From Cycas panzhihuaensis (lineage: Eukaryota > Plantae > Cycadophyta), in NCBI GenBank assembly GCA_023213395.1, contig CM041465.1:146637741-146701740 (forward strand): DNA of 64,000 nt. The letters are read 5' to 3'. The position numbers were made by a program, and so were the translations under genes. This document shows positions 50,280 to 64,000 of the stretch, piece by piece. The notes under the pieces were generated by a model. It worked only from the letters and a program-made list of their open reading frames with translations, was not told the origin of the DNA and searched no databases. Each line of letters starts with the position of its first letter. Within the stretch, counting starts at the first letter, position 1.

Positions 50280-53200
50280 GTATATGTATGTATATATGTA
50301 TGTATGTGTGTGTGTATGTAATATAATCCTTAGAGTAGAGTATCTTGATTATCATCACTATTGCATGTAATTGTTAGGTTGCCCCCTTGAAGGGTATTAT
50401 AATACAAGTGCTCTCTTTAGAGTTATTTGGGTGTTGTATTAGTGTGCAATTATTATTAAAGAATTGGTATCCTACTAAGTGGTATTAGAGTGATCGATCC
50501 ATGCCTTGTGGGAGAGTTAAAAGTATTGAATAGTCAGTTTTTTTCCCATTAGTTTTTATTATTGTTGGTATCTATTCTTATTTTAATTTATACTTAAGTA
50601 CTTTTACTTTTTAGGGGGTAGATAACATAGCAATCAGGTAGCTACCCTAACACTACCACCAAGCAATTTTTTTTTGCATTTAGATAGAGACCCTATGATG
50701 AGGGTCTATAAATATCATAAGGATCTGTCATTTTGGGCTAAGCGCATTATGGATTTTTTATCTTTTATATGAAGGAATAGAGATCACAATTCTAAATCAA
50801 GCATTAAATAGAACTCAACTATAAAAGTATACCTCTACATACCTATAAGTATATAGGAGGACCCCCTAGATAGGTTGTCTTAATATAGGTAACTATAGGA
50901 AACTTATTGGTTGTCAACAATTTGTAGTGCACCAATAAGTACTCAGCCCTAGGAAGTTACTCTCAACGTACCCTAGAGATGGGGTAGTATGACTACAAAG
51001 TAGAGTATTAACTTTTGTAAATTAATACTATTTATGATTGGGATCAATATATCAGAGGGCCTACAAACTAGACAATCCTAAACCTAGTGTACCTAGTCAG
51101 TTTGTTAGTGGTTTGTATGCACCTAGTTAGTTAATGAGTTAGTTATCATTAATTTATTAAAATCATTAATTTGTTAAATCGAGTATGTCTAGTCAGTTTG
51201 TCATTAGTTCATGCACACATAGTCAGTTAGTTAGTTAATGGACCAAAAAAGCAAAAAGTGAAAAGAGCAAAATAAAAAATATATATATACTGCCTTATTA
51301 TAAAACATTAGAGATAATAATTTATAGACATCCCATCAAACCCCTTTCATTCACACTTACCAACTAGGATTCAACTTAGGTCTTATAAATAAATGGCCCC
51401 TAAGATAAACCCTAATTAGACTCAAGATCTTAATGATGTTATCATACAACTTTGAGGAGACATATTACAAATCTAAACTAACTTCAATGAAATTTTTAAA
51501 GAAGTAATGCTAGAGCTCATAGCCATAAAATCCTTTAAGGAAGAAAAGATTGAATTTCATGACACTATTCACATAGGTGAGGGGTCACTTCATTAAGGAA
51601 GATAAAGATAATGATGGCAAGTGCTTCTATCCTAATTTCCTTTACAAGGTAGAAATCAAGAAGTTCAATGGCATAGATGTGCATACATGGATCACCCAAA
51701 TGGAATAATACTTTTCTCTTCATCAAGTTCTAGCTAATAAGAAGATCCTTCTTACCTCTTCACACATAGAAACCAAACCCTACCAATGGGTTATGAAAAT
51801 AATTAGTGGGCTTAATTATCAATAAGAGGGTTTTGTCAAGGCCCTTATAACTTAATATGATAGTACCTAAGATCATGACCACTTTAACCAATTAGCTAAA
51901 GTCAAATAGGAGAGCACTATTTTAGCTTATATAGTAGAGTATTAATGTCTCTCCATAAGGATTATTGGTCTTTATCAGAATAAATTACTTAAGTTATATA
52001 TTGGTAAGTTATGAGATGATATCAGACATGATTTACAACTCCTAAAACTTGATAACATCTCTATAATTATCAATTTTACTCAATATATTGAAGCAAAAAA
52101 TAAGGCATCCCAACCCTACCTATGAACATTCCTAGAAAAGTGATCATAATTTTAGGTTCCTCATATGCAATGAATGACTTCCCAAGAGATGGATGAGAAA
52201 TAATTAAAAGGGTTATATTTTTATTATAACCAAAAGTGGAATAAAGAACATAAGTATCCTAAATGATGCTTATTCATCATTGAGTATGTTCAAGATGATG
52301 AACCAGTAGAGGAATCCTTCTTAGAGCCAAAAAATAATGATTGTGACCCACTTGAGAGGAATAAGAAGATACCACTACTATATCTGTGCATGCCTTTACT
52401 AGAATCATGATCCCACAAATACTCAAACTTATTAGGTACACCAAGAAAAGGAATGTGGTTGTCCTCATAGATTCTATGAGCACCCATAATTTCAATAATT
52501 AGATACTTGCTGAAGAACTCATTTATTTTCCATATCCTATCAAAAGTTTCTAAGCTATGGTGGCTAATGAAGGGACACTCTCTTATAGGGGAAAATGCCA
52601 TAACATCAAGTTACAAATGGGTGACTATCACCTCTCCACTTCTATATATGCCATTCCCATTAGAGGAGTCAATGTTATACTATGGGGTACAATGGCTCAA
52701 ACCACTAGGGACCATTTAACTAAATATGTAAGAGCTCTTCATTTGATTTACTTCTGAAGGAATTAACTATCAATTGAATGGGATCATTCCTCCTCCAACC
52801 CAAATCATTAGCTCACACTTTATGGAGAGGCCCATTAAAAAGGGTGGTATAAGAATCATTGCCAAATGTTATGATCTAGAAGGTTAAGAACTTCTAATAG
52901 AAAGGGACATTCTCCAAGATGATGGTATACCAAATAACTTAAAATTGGTGCTTCATTGCCATAACTAGGTCTTTTAGGATATTCCTTAAGGTCTCCCCCT
53001 AGTACATGATGAAGATCATGGCATTGACTTGGCAGCTGAAAGCAATCCTCCTTGTATTTAACCATGTCGATACCCCTACTAGTAAAAGAATGAAATTAAA
53101 TGACTAGTTCAAGAACTCCTTAATACTAGTACTATTAGGGAAAGTAAAAGTGCCTTTTCTTTTCTAATAATTTTAGTAAGAAAAAAAGAGGGTTTATTTT

Positions 53201-56059
53201 ACATGTGTGTGGACTAACATAAGCTTAATAAGATAACTATCAAGGATAAATTTCTAAACTAGTCATCGATGAACTCTTAGATGAACTCAATGGAGTAACA
53301 TTATTTACATCATTAGACTTGTGATTAGGACATCATCAAATTAGGATCAAGGTAGAGGATGTTCATAAAATTACATTTCGTACACATGAATGACATTATA
53401 AATTTTTAGTCATGCCATTTGGCTTAACTAATGCCCCATCCACATTTCAAGGACTCATGAACAATCTCTTTTAGCCTTACTTAAGGAAGTTCATATTAGT
53501 CTTTTTTGATGACATTCTAATCTTTAGTCCTATATAGGAAGACCATCTTCAGCATGTTGATAAGGTATTATAGGTACTTGTAAATACCCAACTTTATACA
53601 AAAAAAATTAAAATGTCAATTTGGGCAAATAGAAGTAGAATATTTGGGTTATATTATCTCTCAAGAAGGAGTCAACGTGAATCCTAAGAAAATTGAAGTT
53701 ATCATGAACTAGCCTAAACCCAAAAACATCAAGGGCCTTCATGGATTCTTAGGAATCACAAGGTATTATTGAAAGTTTGTTCAGGGCTATGTAAGGACTA
53801 CTTAACCTTTAATTAACCTATTAGAAAAGGATTTCTTTCATCGGAATGATAAGGCCTATAAAGTATTTGAACACCTAAAGGTGGCTTTAATTCCCACTCA
53901 AATCCTTGCAACACTAGACTTTAAAAAGACCTTTACCATTGAATTTGATGCATTAGGGTAAGGCATTAGAGTAGTCTTAATACAAGAAAGGAAACCTTTG
54001 GCCTTTGAAAGTCATTAACTTACACCCAAGGAATAAGTCAAATCTACCTATGAGAGGAGATGTTAGCAATTCTCCATGCAGTTAGGAAATAATAATAATA
54101 TTTATTGGGAACATATTTTGAAATTAAAGCAAACCATGATAACTTAAAATATTTCCTAGCTCCAAGGACAACATCTGAGGAACAACAAAAATGGGTCATA
54201 AAAATGTAATCTTTTGACTTTAAAATCATATATAAAAAAGACAAGGATAATATAGTGCCTGATGCTTTATCTCATAAGGAAGATGGCTCTGCACTATATT
54301 CTATCACCATGGTCAATCCCTCTTAGATGACAGTTACCAAGTAAGAATGGGATTAGGACCCCTTTACAAAGTATATCATTCAAGACCTTCAAGCTGGGCT
54401 AGGGTATTGAACCCACTATACATGGTCTATAAGGAGCAAATTTTACAAGATGTACATGCCTCCCTAATAGTAGGTCACTTAGTTTTTTATATATATACCA
54501 CTACTTAAAACAATCTTTCTTTTAGAAGGGCCAAAAAGGAGATGTAAAGTGATATGTTTTCTTATGTAAAATTTGTCAATAGCATAAGATAGAAATAGTC
54601 AAGTCTCTAGGATTACTACAGCCCCTTCTTATACCAAATCAACAATGGGAAGAAATTTCCATAAACTTCATAATGGGTCTACCTTAATTAGAAGGAAAAG
54701 ATGCCATACTTGTGGTTATTAATAGGCTAACCGAATATGCTCATTTCTATGGCATCCAAGCCACATATAAGGTACAGCAAATTGCTGAGATCTTTTTAAA
54801 GGATATATGCAGGTTGCATGACGTGCCCAAATGTATAGTTAGTAATCAAGACCTTATGTTCACTAGCAACTTCTGGATAGAACTCCTATATCTGCTTAGT
54901 ACCAAACTGACAATAAGCTCATCTTACCATCCACAAATAGATGGTCAAACTAAGGTGGTTAATAAGTACCTTAAAGGATGCCTTCATTATTATGCTTTAG
55001 ATAAGCAAGGCCAGTGGCAACATTGGCTTCCTTTAGCATAATGATGGTATAATACAACCTATCATGAATCAATAGGAATGACTATATTCCAAGTATTATG
55101 TAGCTATGAACGACCCACACTTAATAATTATCCCGTAATTAGTTATAAGATTTAAGCAGTCAAGGACCACCTCTAATAAACAACATAGATTTTCAAGCTG
55201 CTCAAGAAAAATCTGAACCTTGCACAAAATCTAATGAAATAATAGGTAGATATAGGGTGAAACAAATGAGCATTTTAACTAGGTGATTGTGTATACTTAT
55301 AATTATGACTATATAAGTAGGCATCTCTCAAATGGGATGGGCAACATAAATTACACCCTTGATTTTATGGGCCTTACAAAATTCTTAAGAAGATTGGTGA
55401 AGTTGTATATGCCTTGGACTTACCACCACCATCAAGGATCCATAACATCTTTTATGTTTTGTGTCTTAAGAGGGTAATTGGGTAACAAGTACAAGTTTAA
55501 ATAGAATTACCTATCTTAAATGAGGAGTGGCAACTTTAGCTCATTCTAGAGCATATCATCAATGGAAGAATTCAACATTTATGATCCAGATAAATCATTG
55601 AGTATCTCATCAAATGGAAATAACTTCCACAAGAAGATGCAACCTAAGAGAATAAGTAATTTATCCAAGAGCATCTTGAGATCATAAAGCTTTGAAGGAA
55701 AAGCTTTTTTAAGGGTGGGACTTTATTAGGGATCTAACTCCTAACTTACCTTCTCTTATATCTTCTACTTCTTCTCTCTCTTATCTTCTATTTCTTATAC
55801 TTCTTCCCTCTTCTTAATATCCCATATGCATAAGTAGAAGGTTATATAATAGCCATTAAACTATATCTATATCTATATATCTATATCTATCTATCTATAT
55901 ATATATATATATAATCCTTAGAGTAGAGTATCTTGAGTATCATTGTTATTGCATGTAATTTGGAGGTTGCTCCCTTAAAGGGTATTTTAATATAAGTACT
56001 CTCTTTGGAATTATTTGGGTGTTATGTTGGTTTGTAATTATCATTAAAGGAGTATTCTG
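49925..56059 (+). mobile_element. Decayed full-length Ty3/Gypsy chromovirus (Gypsy-3)
   Basis: LTRs at 49925-50477 and 55724 to about 56055; PBS TGGTATTAGAGT at 50480; PPT at 55711-55720. Remnants: gag about 51.5-52.3 kb, protease LIDSMSTHNF, RT (VMPFGLTNAPSTFQ, VFFDDILI), RNase H, integrase (SSSYHPQIDGQT), chromodomain EYLIKW...DAT*E about 55600. Confidence 0.92.
50113..50323. repeat. Compound (TA)/(TG)/(TATATG)/(TATG) microsatellite inside the Gypsy-3 5' LTR
   Basis: Directly visible; the sister LTR has only about 52 bp of (TATATC)/(TA) at 55861-55913. Confidence 0.95.
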
Positions 56060-56999
56060 ATTTAATTTTAAAATCTAAATATGACTAGTGTCTAAGCATT
56101 TAAACTTTTCGTTCCTACAACATATGACATCTTGATTTTAAAACTTATTTCTTGTATTTTTATCCATTGGTGTCTTAGCCTTAGATTTCAGTATTCCCCT
56201 TCATAATCAGTCTTCTCCCATAGGTTTTCTTGCCCTATAACATTTCTTCAACCTATCTCCTATATCTCTAATACCATGTTGGAACCACTAAGAAACATGA
56301 GGGAATTTTATAATTAAAATTATTATACCTAAATAATTAATTAATTTTACATTATTCCTTAACTTATCTATATATAACCCTATACATAAAAATAACTATA
56401 CAAGTTGACACATAAAAAGGGGGGTTTTATAACATTAAGTCATGAACCTAAACAATAAATATTAATATTCTAATATATATTAAAACACGTTTAAGGAGAT
56501 GTTGGATAAGTAGAAGTTTATATTTGAATTTCAAATGGTAATGTGAGTTGCCATACTTGTTCGTAACTTGTCTTTAGATGCAAAATAATATTTTCTAAAA
56601 CTTATGGAATGAGCCATTGCACATAATATTTCAAGATATAGTATGGGAAAATAAGATTACTTGGATTCTTCTTATTAATAATTACATATAATTGATCCAT
56701 ATATGAATGTTAAAAAGTGCTTAAGTGCATTAGGGGAAGAGTGTAGGATGTGAAAGAGGTAAGCTGAGAAATGTTTTTATTCATCATTCATCATGACCTA
56801 TAGTATCCATCTTTTATATTGATGTGGTAGGATATTATATCATATTGTAGTTAGTGCTAAGCAAATGTTTTTATTTTTGTTGTATGAGATGCATTATGCC
56901 ATTCCTAATTGAGAGTCAATGTTCACTTATAAAGGATGCAAAAAATCATACGGAGAAAACAATAGTCTATAACCTCTATGTATAAGGAAGAAATAGTCC

Positions 57000-59900
57000 C
57001 AAAAATAATATGCAAGTTCATGCTAAATATTTACAACAAGGTGTGTCTAATTTATCTACAATTTATTTAGACTAACAAGTTATAGCTAATATGATTAAAG
57101 AAGTGATTTTATGACTCTCATTGCATTTTTCTTTGGCTATCTAACTCTAGAGGTAGTCCTTAAGTAGTGGGTAAAGGATTCCTAAAAGTATTTAGTTGAA
57201 AAGTGATATCAATTTGAAACCTTTCTAAAGGTTTATATTCTTTTATTTTTTAATCACTTGAGATCTTGGAGCTAGTGCTCAAATAAGGGTCATTGATGTG
57301 TCATCCTAATATGGTAGTTTTTAATCGATATAATATAAGTTTCAATATTGATAATATTATAAATTTCAAATGCCTAATTTGGTTAGAGTTTTAAAGTCTC
57401 CCCTTCTACCTTTAGACGTTTGTCAAAGAGCTCACTAAATCATTAGGGGAATTTGTATCTCTTAAACCACGTAGAGACTTCTACCCAAGGCCAAATATAT
57501 AAGTTTATATTTGAGTGGATTTGTCGAAAGAATTACTAAAGCATGTCTTGATCCAATATAGAGATGAAACTATCAAACAAAGAGTTATGTTTCTAATTTA
57601 TCAAATACATACTTCAAATGTGATTCAAGAGATCATAAAGGATTAGTTGTTATAATAAAGATAAAATAAGTAACATTTTATAAGGATGTGAGTTAAACTT
57701 CTATTATTAAGTATGAGAATGGTTAAACAAATATGTAAAATAAGAAACCCCTAGAAAATAATGCCAAAGCAAGAACCTCATAAGGGAAAACAAAAGGCTT
57801 AAGAAAGACTTAAGTAAATAAACTATGGCCCTTAAAGAAGAAAAGGATCAACTAAAGGAAGAGAAGAAGCTAGTGATTAATGCTCTAAAATTCTATACTC
57901 CTCCTCTAATTACTCCAAAACTCATCTCACCATTTGGCTTTGAGGTACCTTGAGGAGAATAGTATATTAAAAATTAGTCTAACTATGTTGGTAAAATCCC
58001 TAAACAATATGCAAATAACTTTAAAATCTTAGATTATATATTGGAAGAAGAGGACAAGAGTATGAAAATAAGGAGTGAGCATGTTGAATGTCCTTGGCTA
58101 AAATGTTTAAGAAATCACTAAACTATGTAAAAGTCCTATGGTTAGGAGAATATATCACAAGTTCCCTTAATTAGATATTTGTATTTGCAAGAGGTCAAAT
58201 GAAATATCAAGAACTTTAATTTTGGTCTCTCATATGATTTTCAAAATCACATATAATTTTACATCTCTCACCCAAAAGGGAGAGGGGGAGTTATGATTTT
58301 GTTGAATCTTAAGATTGGTAGAAATATTGTTCAGTGTAATTCTATCCCAAAGAATATATATGTCTAGGTTTTGGTTAGGGTTAATAACTTATTATTAGGA
58401 TTTATTAGTATTTATATCCTAAATAGCCCTACTGAAAGGGTATTATAGGAATGGCTTACTATTCACCTACTAAAGTCAACCTGGATTCTCTATGGTAACT
58501 TCAACATAATAAAGTCATATAATGACAAAATGGGAGGAAGGCCTTTCAAGTGGAATTAGGATAAATGTAATTCATGATTAAGGATGAAAAATAAGTTGTC
58601 ATTGTATGATTCTAATCTAAGTAGGCAAGGAGAAAGGTAACGCCTATGATTTATGTGGAATAATCTTCTATCTAAGCATGAAAGAATCCTTATAAGGTTT
58701 GATAAGGTCATGATCTCCAATGATTATTAATTCTAGATTCTTCCCAAACCAAGGTATGCTAATTAAATCCCTAAGTGAGATAGTCTTATTAAACCATTAT
58801 CCCATCTATTTTGTCATTTCCTAGGATAATTGGAGAATCTCCAACTCAAAATCATTGATTAAGTTTAATGTGTCATACTTATTATCCAATATTTTCCTTA
58901 ATAACATCAACCAAGTATGGTATTTGTCTCTTTTTCTCAAGAGTGATATAATGTGTATTACATGGTTGGAAAAGGTAATTATTGGAGTCACTTCCTTTAT
59001 ACATAGGTATCACCATCAAGTTACTTGGTTTAGAAGGTGGGTTGAAAAAGAAACCTTGAGGATGTTGGTTAAGGCTAAGGATTTGCTTGAAACCAACCCT
59101 TTTAATAATGGATTTTAGAATAAGGTATCTCACTATCCAAAGAGGCTAAAATTTCTAAGTTAAGAGGAGTTATAAGGACCCATATTAGATCTTGTATATA
59201 GTGGATGTAAAAAGAAGAGTAATATTTAAAATTCTTTTTCCAAACCTCTAAGAGTAAGAATGAAACTAAAGATGCCAAGGTCCTTATATGATGAGATTAT
59301 TAGTGAGTGTAGAACACACTATTTGTAGGTATTTCAATAACAAGCTCTTTTTATGGAACTTAACATGCCTTAAAATATTATTTGTGGATTGTTCCTCTTA
59401 AACCCATTCCCTTTTGGTGAGATGCTTGTGATGCTCCTATTATACTTGATGAGTTAAAGAATATTTTTCTTGAAATAACTAATGAAAAGGTCTTGGGGTT
59501 TGATAGCTTCCCTTGTAAGTTTTATGAAGTCACATGGGATTATATTAGCCTTGGTTTGCCAATGGTATACTAAGAAGCTTTTAAAGTTGGCACATTCAAT
59601 AAGAAGATCAATCAAGGAGACATAAAGTTGATACCTAAAGAAGGTGATCCTAAGCTCATTCTAGTTTAAGGCCTATCATCCTATTAAACGTTTCATATAA
59701 AATTCTAGCCAAGGCCTTTTCCAAAAGAATTAAATTCATTTTTCCTAAAATTATAAGACTAGAGAAGGCTAGGCTTATTAAGGGTCAACATATCTTATTA
59801 CAACTCAAGAAGGTATATAGTGGGATAATTCTTGTCCCTATAAGGTGTTGTTTATGAAAATAGACTTTGAAAAGGTGTATGATAGAATTGAATTAGGATT

Positions 59901-60546
59901 TATATTCTCCATATAAACAACCATGGGGTTTGGAGAGAGGCCTAGAAGAATAGTCTAGACCTTTCTTATTGATGATTCCATGGAGAAGTCCGTCAATCAA
60001 GCTTTAACTAGGCATATCAAGCTTGAAGGATTCATTGGGTATAGTTGTCTATTAGCTCATTCTTTATTTGTGTTAGTTGTTAATACCGTTGGCTATCTAT
60101 TATAGATGAAAGTTAGCTAAGGGTCATTAAAGATATATCTCCCCTAGAATTAGAAGATAAATAGTTATTTAATAGGAATTTCATTAATTATTCATTTCTT
60201 ATCATTAGAATTAAGCCAAGGATTATGGAAGAAGTACTTAAGTCTATAAATACCTTTTATTTTGCCTTTAGTTCAAGGATTCAATGAAGAAAGTTAGCCT
60301 ACATTTTGCAACCTCTAAGTGGTAGATTGAAATGACTAGAAAAGTATGAGTGGGTATGGATCAATCCTAGCAAGAAATTGAAATTCTTTAGTGTCCCTTT
60401 TGGTTTTGGTATTTCATTAATGGAAATGTGGAAATATTTGATTAATATATTTGAGAGGAAACTCATGAGATGGTGTTCCAAAATTTTATCTTTAATTAGA
60501 AGATACCATGTCTACTCCAAAGTTTTGGTTACTACTTATGTATACT
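57000..60546 (+). mobile_element. Old decayed L1-type LINE (ORF1 remnant, endonuclease and RT), interrupted by Copia-2
   Basis: Zinc-knuckle trace FKCDSRDH about 57610; WILYGNFN about 58480; GFDSFPCKFY about 59500; PIILLNVSYKILAK about 59670; MKIDFEKVYDR about 59855. Left boundary uncertain. Confidence 0.8.
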
Positions 60547-63500
60547 TGTTAAGATATTAATAGTTTATCCTATATCTTGTACTTGAGGGTCAACTATGTA
60601 AATCAAAGATTATGTATCATTATCTCTCTTTAGTCTAAAAACAGCACTTGGTATACATGTATTAGGATGATTTCATAAATCAGTCATATATAAGAGATTA
60701 AAAATCTCTCCCATCAATAAAGGAAGATCATTCTAATCATTCTCTTTCTAAATTTGTTTATTCTTTTAAAATAGTATCAGAGCAGGTATAGTAGGTCAAG
60801 AAGGGGTATCAAACATTAGTCTTTTGGAAAAGGAGAAACTTGGGTAAGGAGATAAAGTTTTTAAAGGAAGGAGACAAAGGTTTTGAATGAACAATAACAT
60901 CTAATGACATTGTACAAATCCATATGATTATATATGATCAAAAATCAAAATGGTCAGATTGTCATAAAATTTCACCAATAAAGACATCTTGAGGAGTAGA
61001 GTCTATTGTCCCAAAGGCATATTCATAAACTCTACCTCAGTAAATAAAAAAATTCAAAAAACCTAGGGCATAGGTTTGAACCTTTTAGTATTAATTTCTT
61101 TTTGTTTTCTTAGATTTAGTCATAGACATTAGTTTTAAAATCTTCTTTAGATCATAAACTTTCTATTTAGTATAAGTTTATAGAATTTTATAGGAGATTT
61201 TTTGAGTTATGAGTAAAGAAATTATTTAAAACCTAATTGCCCCTCTTTTTTTTGGGTTATTTTCTCTCAATCTATAAAGCCAATTCAAAATATGACTTTA
61301 GATTCTAGTAGATAGTGCAAAAATCTATGTTTTGAGGTGTTCATTTTTCAAATGTATACACCTATACTTTTTTTATATAACTATATGGTATACAAATATG
61401 TCTTATCATAGTCAAAGAAAGAATTCTTTTTATAGTTCTTCATATTATTTGACATGAAATGGCTTTAATTTATTCATTAAGAGAGTCAAATAAGTTAAAT
61501 GATCAAAATTATGTTACATGGAAGATTAAAATAAAGGGCCTCATAGTTGCCTAAAATGCCTAGGACATAGTTATAAGAAAGGGAAAAAAAAAAAAATTAT
61601 TGATGATATTATAAAGCTTGTCAGTTGGGAAGAAAGGGATAAACAAGCAATGGCAATTATCACTTTGTTTATAACTGATTCTATTTTCACCCATATAAGT
61701 AAAGTTTCCACTTTAATTAAGGCTAGGAAAATTCTTTCATCCCTATACAATTAGAAAAATGAAGCCCATATTATTAATCTCATGGAACAATTATACTATC
61801 TTCACTTAAGGGAGGGCAAATAAGTTTTTGCTTTCATTACCAAATTAGTAGAAATCAAAGATAATTTTACTTATGTAGGTGAATCCATATTAAATACAAA
61901 AATTATTTACATAGTACTAAATAAACTACTAAAATCATTTGATAACACGGTAAGCACGCTTATTAGAGGAGGATAAGCTCATAATATATCATTCAATATT
62001 TTATGTGGATATCCTTTTTAACAAGAGTAGAGAATACAAAGGTATGAAGAAGAAACAAAAGTTGAAGAGGTATTTCTCTCTAGACTTATAATTAGAGAAT
62101 GAGGAAGAACCATGAGAGGAAGATTAGTAGATGTAAGAGCAAGAAAATGAAGATTCATTAAACCAAGGTCAGGATCTAGCAAAGGGAGATCAACAGATAA
62201 TTAGGTATATTATCATTATTACAGACTAGGGCACTTTGTTGTTGATTATAGATTATTAGAAACTCATCCTTCTTATTGCAATGGCAAATTTAGATACCTT
62301 TCAAGCAACTATTTCTATAGAAGAGTAAAAATTTCTAGAGGAAAATATATAGAATGCAACTACACCAATGAATAATCTAAAGAAGAAGAGGAGGAAGATA
62401 TTACTTTTGTTATTGCTTTAGCCTCATGTACTCAACATAATGAAGACTAGTTTATTAATTCTAGAGATTTAAACCTTATGATTAGTAGAGAAGATTGGTT
62501 TGAGACCCCCCATCCATATCTAGTAAATAGAACTATTGAACTTTGTGATGATTTTTCTCTAAAAATTAAAGGAAAATGAACTATTGCAATAAAAATCAAG
62601 ATATTAAAAAAATTGCTAATATTCTATTTGTTCTAGGGTTGAAGAAAAACCTTCTTTCTATATCATAATTAAGAAAGAAAAAACTTTAAGTCATCTTCCA
62701 TGAAGATAAAAAATGTTATATTCATGACATAAAAAAGGAAGGTGGAATCATTACTAAAGGGATATAGACTAATAATCTCTACAAATTAATCTCTACTCCT
62801 ACTCTCTCTTCTTCTATAAAGATCTTTGTTACTCAAAGCATTAATAATGAAATCTAGCATTATTAGTAAAAATATATTATAGATGATAATCTAAAAATAC
62901 TTAAAAATTTTGCTATGGTTGATAGATTACTTGCTAACACCATAATAAATTCTTCTATTTAAAAAAGTTGTATGCTAAGCAAATAACATAGAGCATCATT
63001 TCAAAAAAGCAACTAGAGAGAATAAGTGGAACTAGAATTAGTCCATAGTAAAATATGCGAACAAATTATACCAAATTCTATTAATGGTGTTAGGTACTTT
63101 CTACTATTTATTGATGATTTTAGTAGAAAAGCTTGGGTGCTCTTTATCTTAAGTAAATCAGAAGCTTTTAAGTGATTTAAAGAATTTAAAGCTCAAGTTA
63201 AATTGAAAAGTGGACAGAAAATCAAAATACTTAGCACAGATGGATGAGGAGAATATGTTTCAAATAAATTTTTTAATTTTTATGAAACATATGGTATTCA
63301 TAGACAAATCACCATTCTATATACCCCATAATCTAATGGGATAGTTAGAAGATTAAATAGAACTATAATAGAAATAGCATAGTGCATGATAAAAGAGAAA
63401 AATATCTTAAATGCATACTAGGATAAAGTAGTTAACATTGTTGTTTATCTCATAAATAGAAGTCCCATAAGATCTCTTGATAAAATTACTCTAAAAGAAG

Positions 63501-64000
63501 TGTGGGTAGATAAGAAACTTAATGTAAGTCATCTAAGAGTTTTCGGAAGCACTACTTATGTGCATATTCTAAATAGAAGAAAAACTAAATTAAATGATAA
63601 AAGTATTGAATGTATCATGATTAGATATAATAATAAATCAAAAGCCTCTCATTGCATAGATACAAAAACTAACAGAATATATGTAAATAGAGATATAAAT
63701 TTTGATGAAGGTTCTTTAATTAATAAGGATTTTGCTTGTACTAAAAATGTTATAATAATAGAAGGAAATATGGATCCCTTTAACGAAGAGGATATAGTTG
63801 AGGAAGAACTTATATCTTATGATTAAGAAGAGACAACGTCTCATAAAGAACCAAAAACATCAAGATAGGAAAGTGCTTCTAGAAGAAGGATACCCAGGTG
63901 GTATTTAATAACTATAGAAGAATCAAAAGGAGATGGATTTAAATAAAGAATTAGGTCTCAAAGACACCAAGCATTAATTTGTTTAGTTGAACTTCAAATT
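60547..64000 (+). mobile_element. Decayed Ty1/Copia element (Copia-2), running off the right edge
   Basis: Putative 5' LTR at 60547-60771; PBS TAGTATCAGAGC at 60772-60783. Gag from about 61459 (KLNDQNYVTWKIK), integrase (YFLLFIDDFSRKAW) and the SHLRVFGS...NRDINFDE segment at 63500-63826. Confidence 0.88.

Noticed and set aside
49942-50370. ORFs of 64-138 aa rich in Y/I/H/T or C/V/M
   Set aside because: They are translations of the microsatellite.

Overview
A very AT-rich stretch of land-plant nuclear heterochromatin with no intact host gene. A large-genome gymnosperm is plausible from the PPR style and TE decay, but this is inference only. Positions 2.9-39.6 kb form one three-level retrotransposon nest. 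A minus-strand chromovirus Gypsy holds two non-autonomous LTR elements and a decayed Copia. That Copia in turn holds a gag-pro-only Gypsy, a young RNase H-bearing L1 LINE, a non-autonomous element and a solo LTR. Further right lie a 2.1-kb non-coding LTR element, a second chromovirus, an old LINE and a second Copia. The most notable signal is a non-autonomous Copia-derived family (family A: copies A1 <1-2726, A2 9248-14608, A3 30042-35789). It has three unusual properties. (i) A fixed internal slot carries a different mosaic of sequence in each copy; in A1 and A2 this includes host-gene fragments (ABCC, PLS- and P-class PPR, EF-hand carrier, NPH3-BTB), all antisense to the element. (ii) A mini-Gag/acidic ORF sits next to the 3' LTR and reads through the PPT. 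(iii) In A3, both LTRs contain four tandem 41-bp [LTR terminus + tRNA-iMet primer-binding site] units. All coordinates, alignments and mismatch counts were done by eye and may be off by a few bases. Protein-family calls come from recalled motifs, not database searches.
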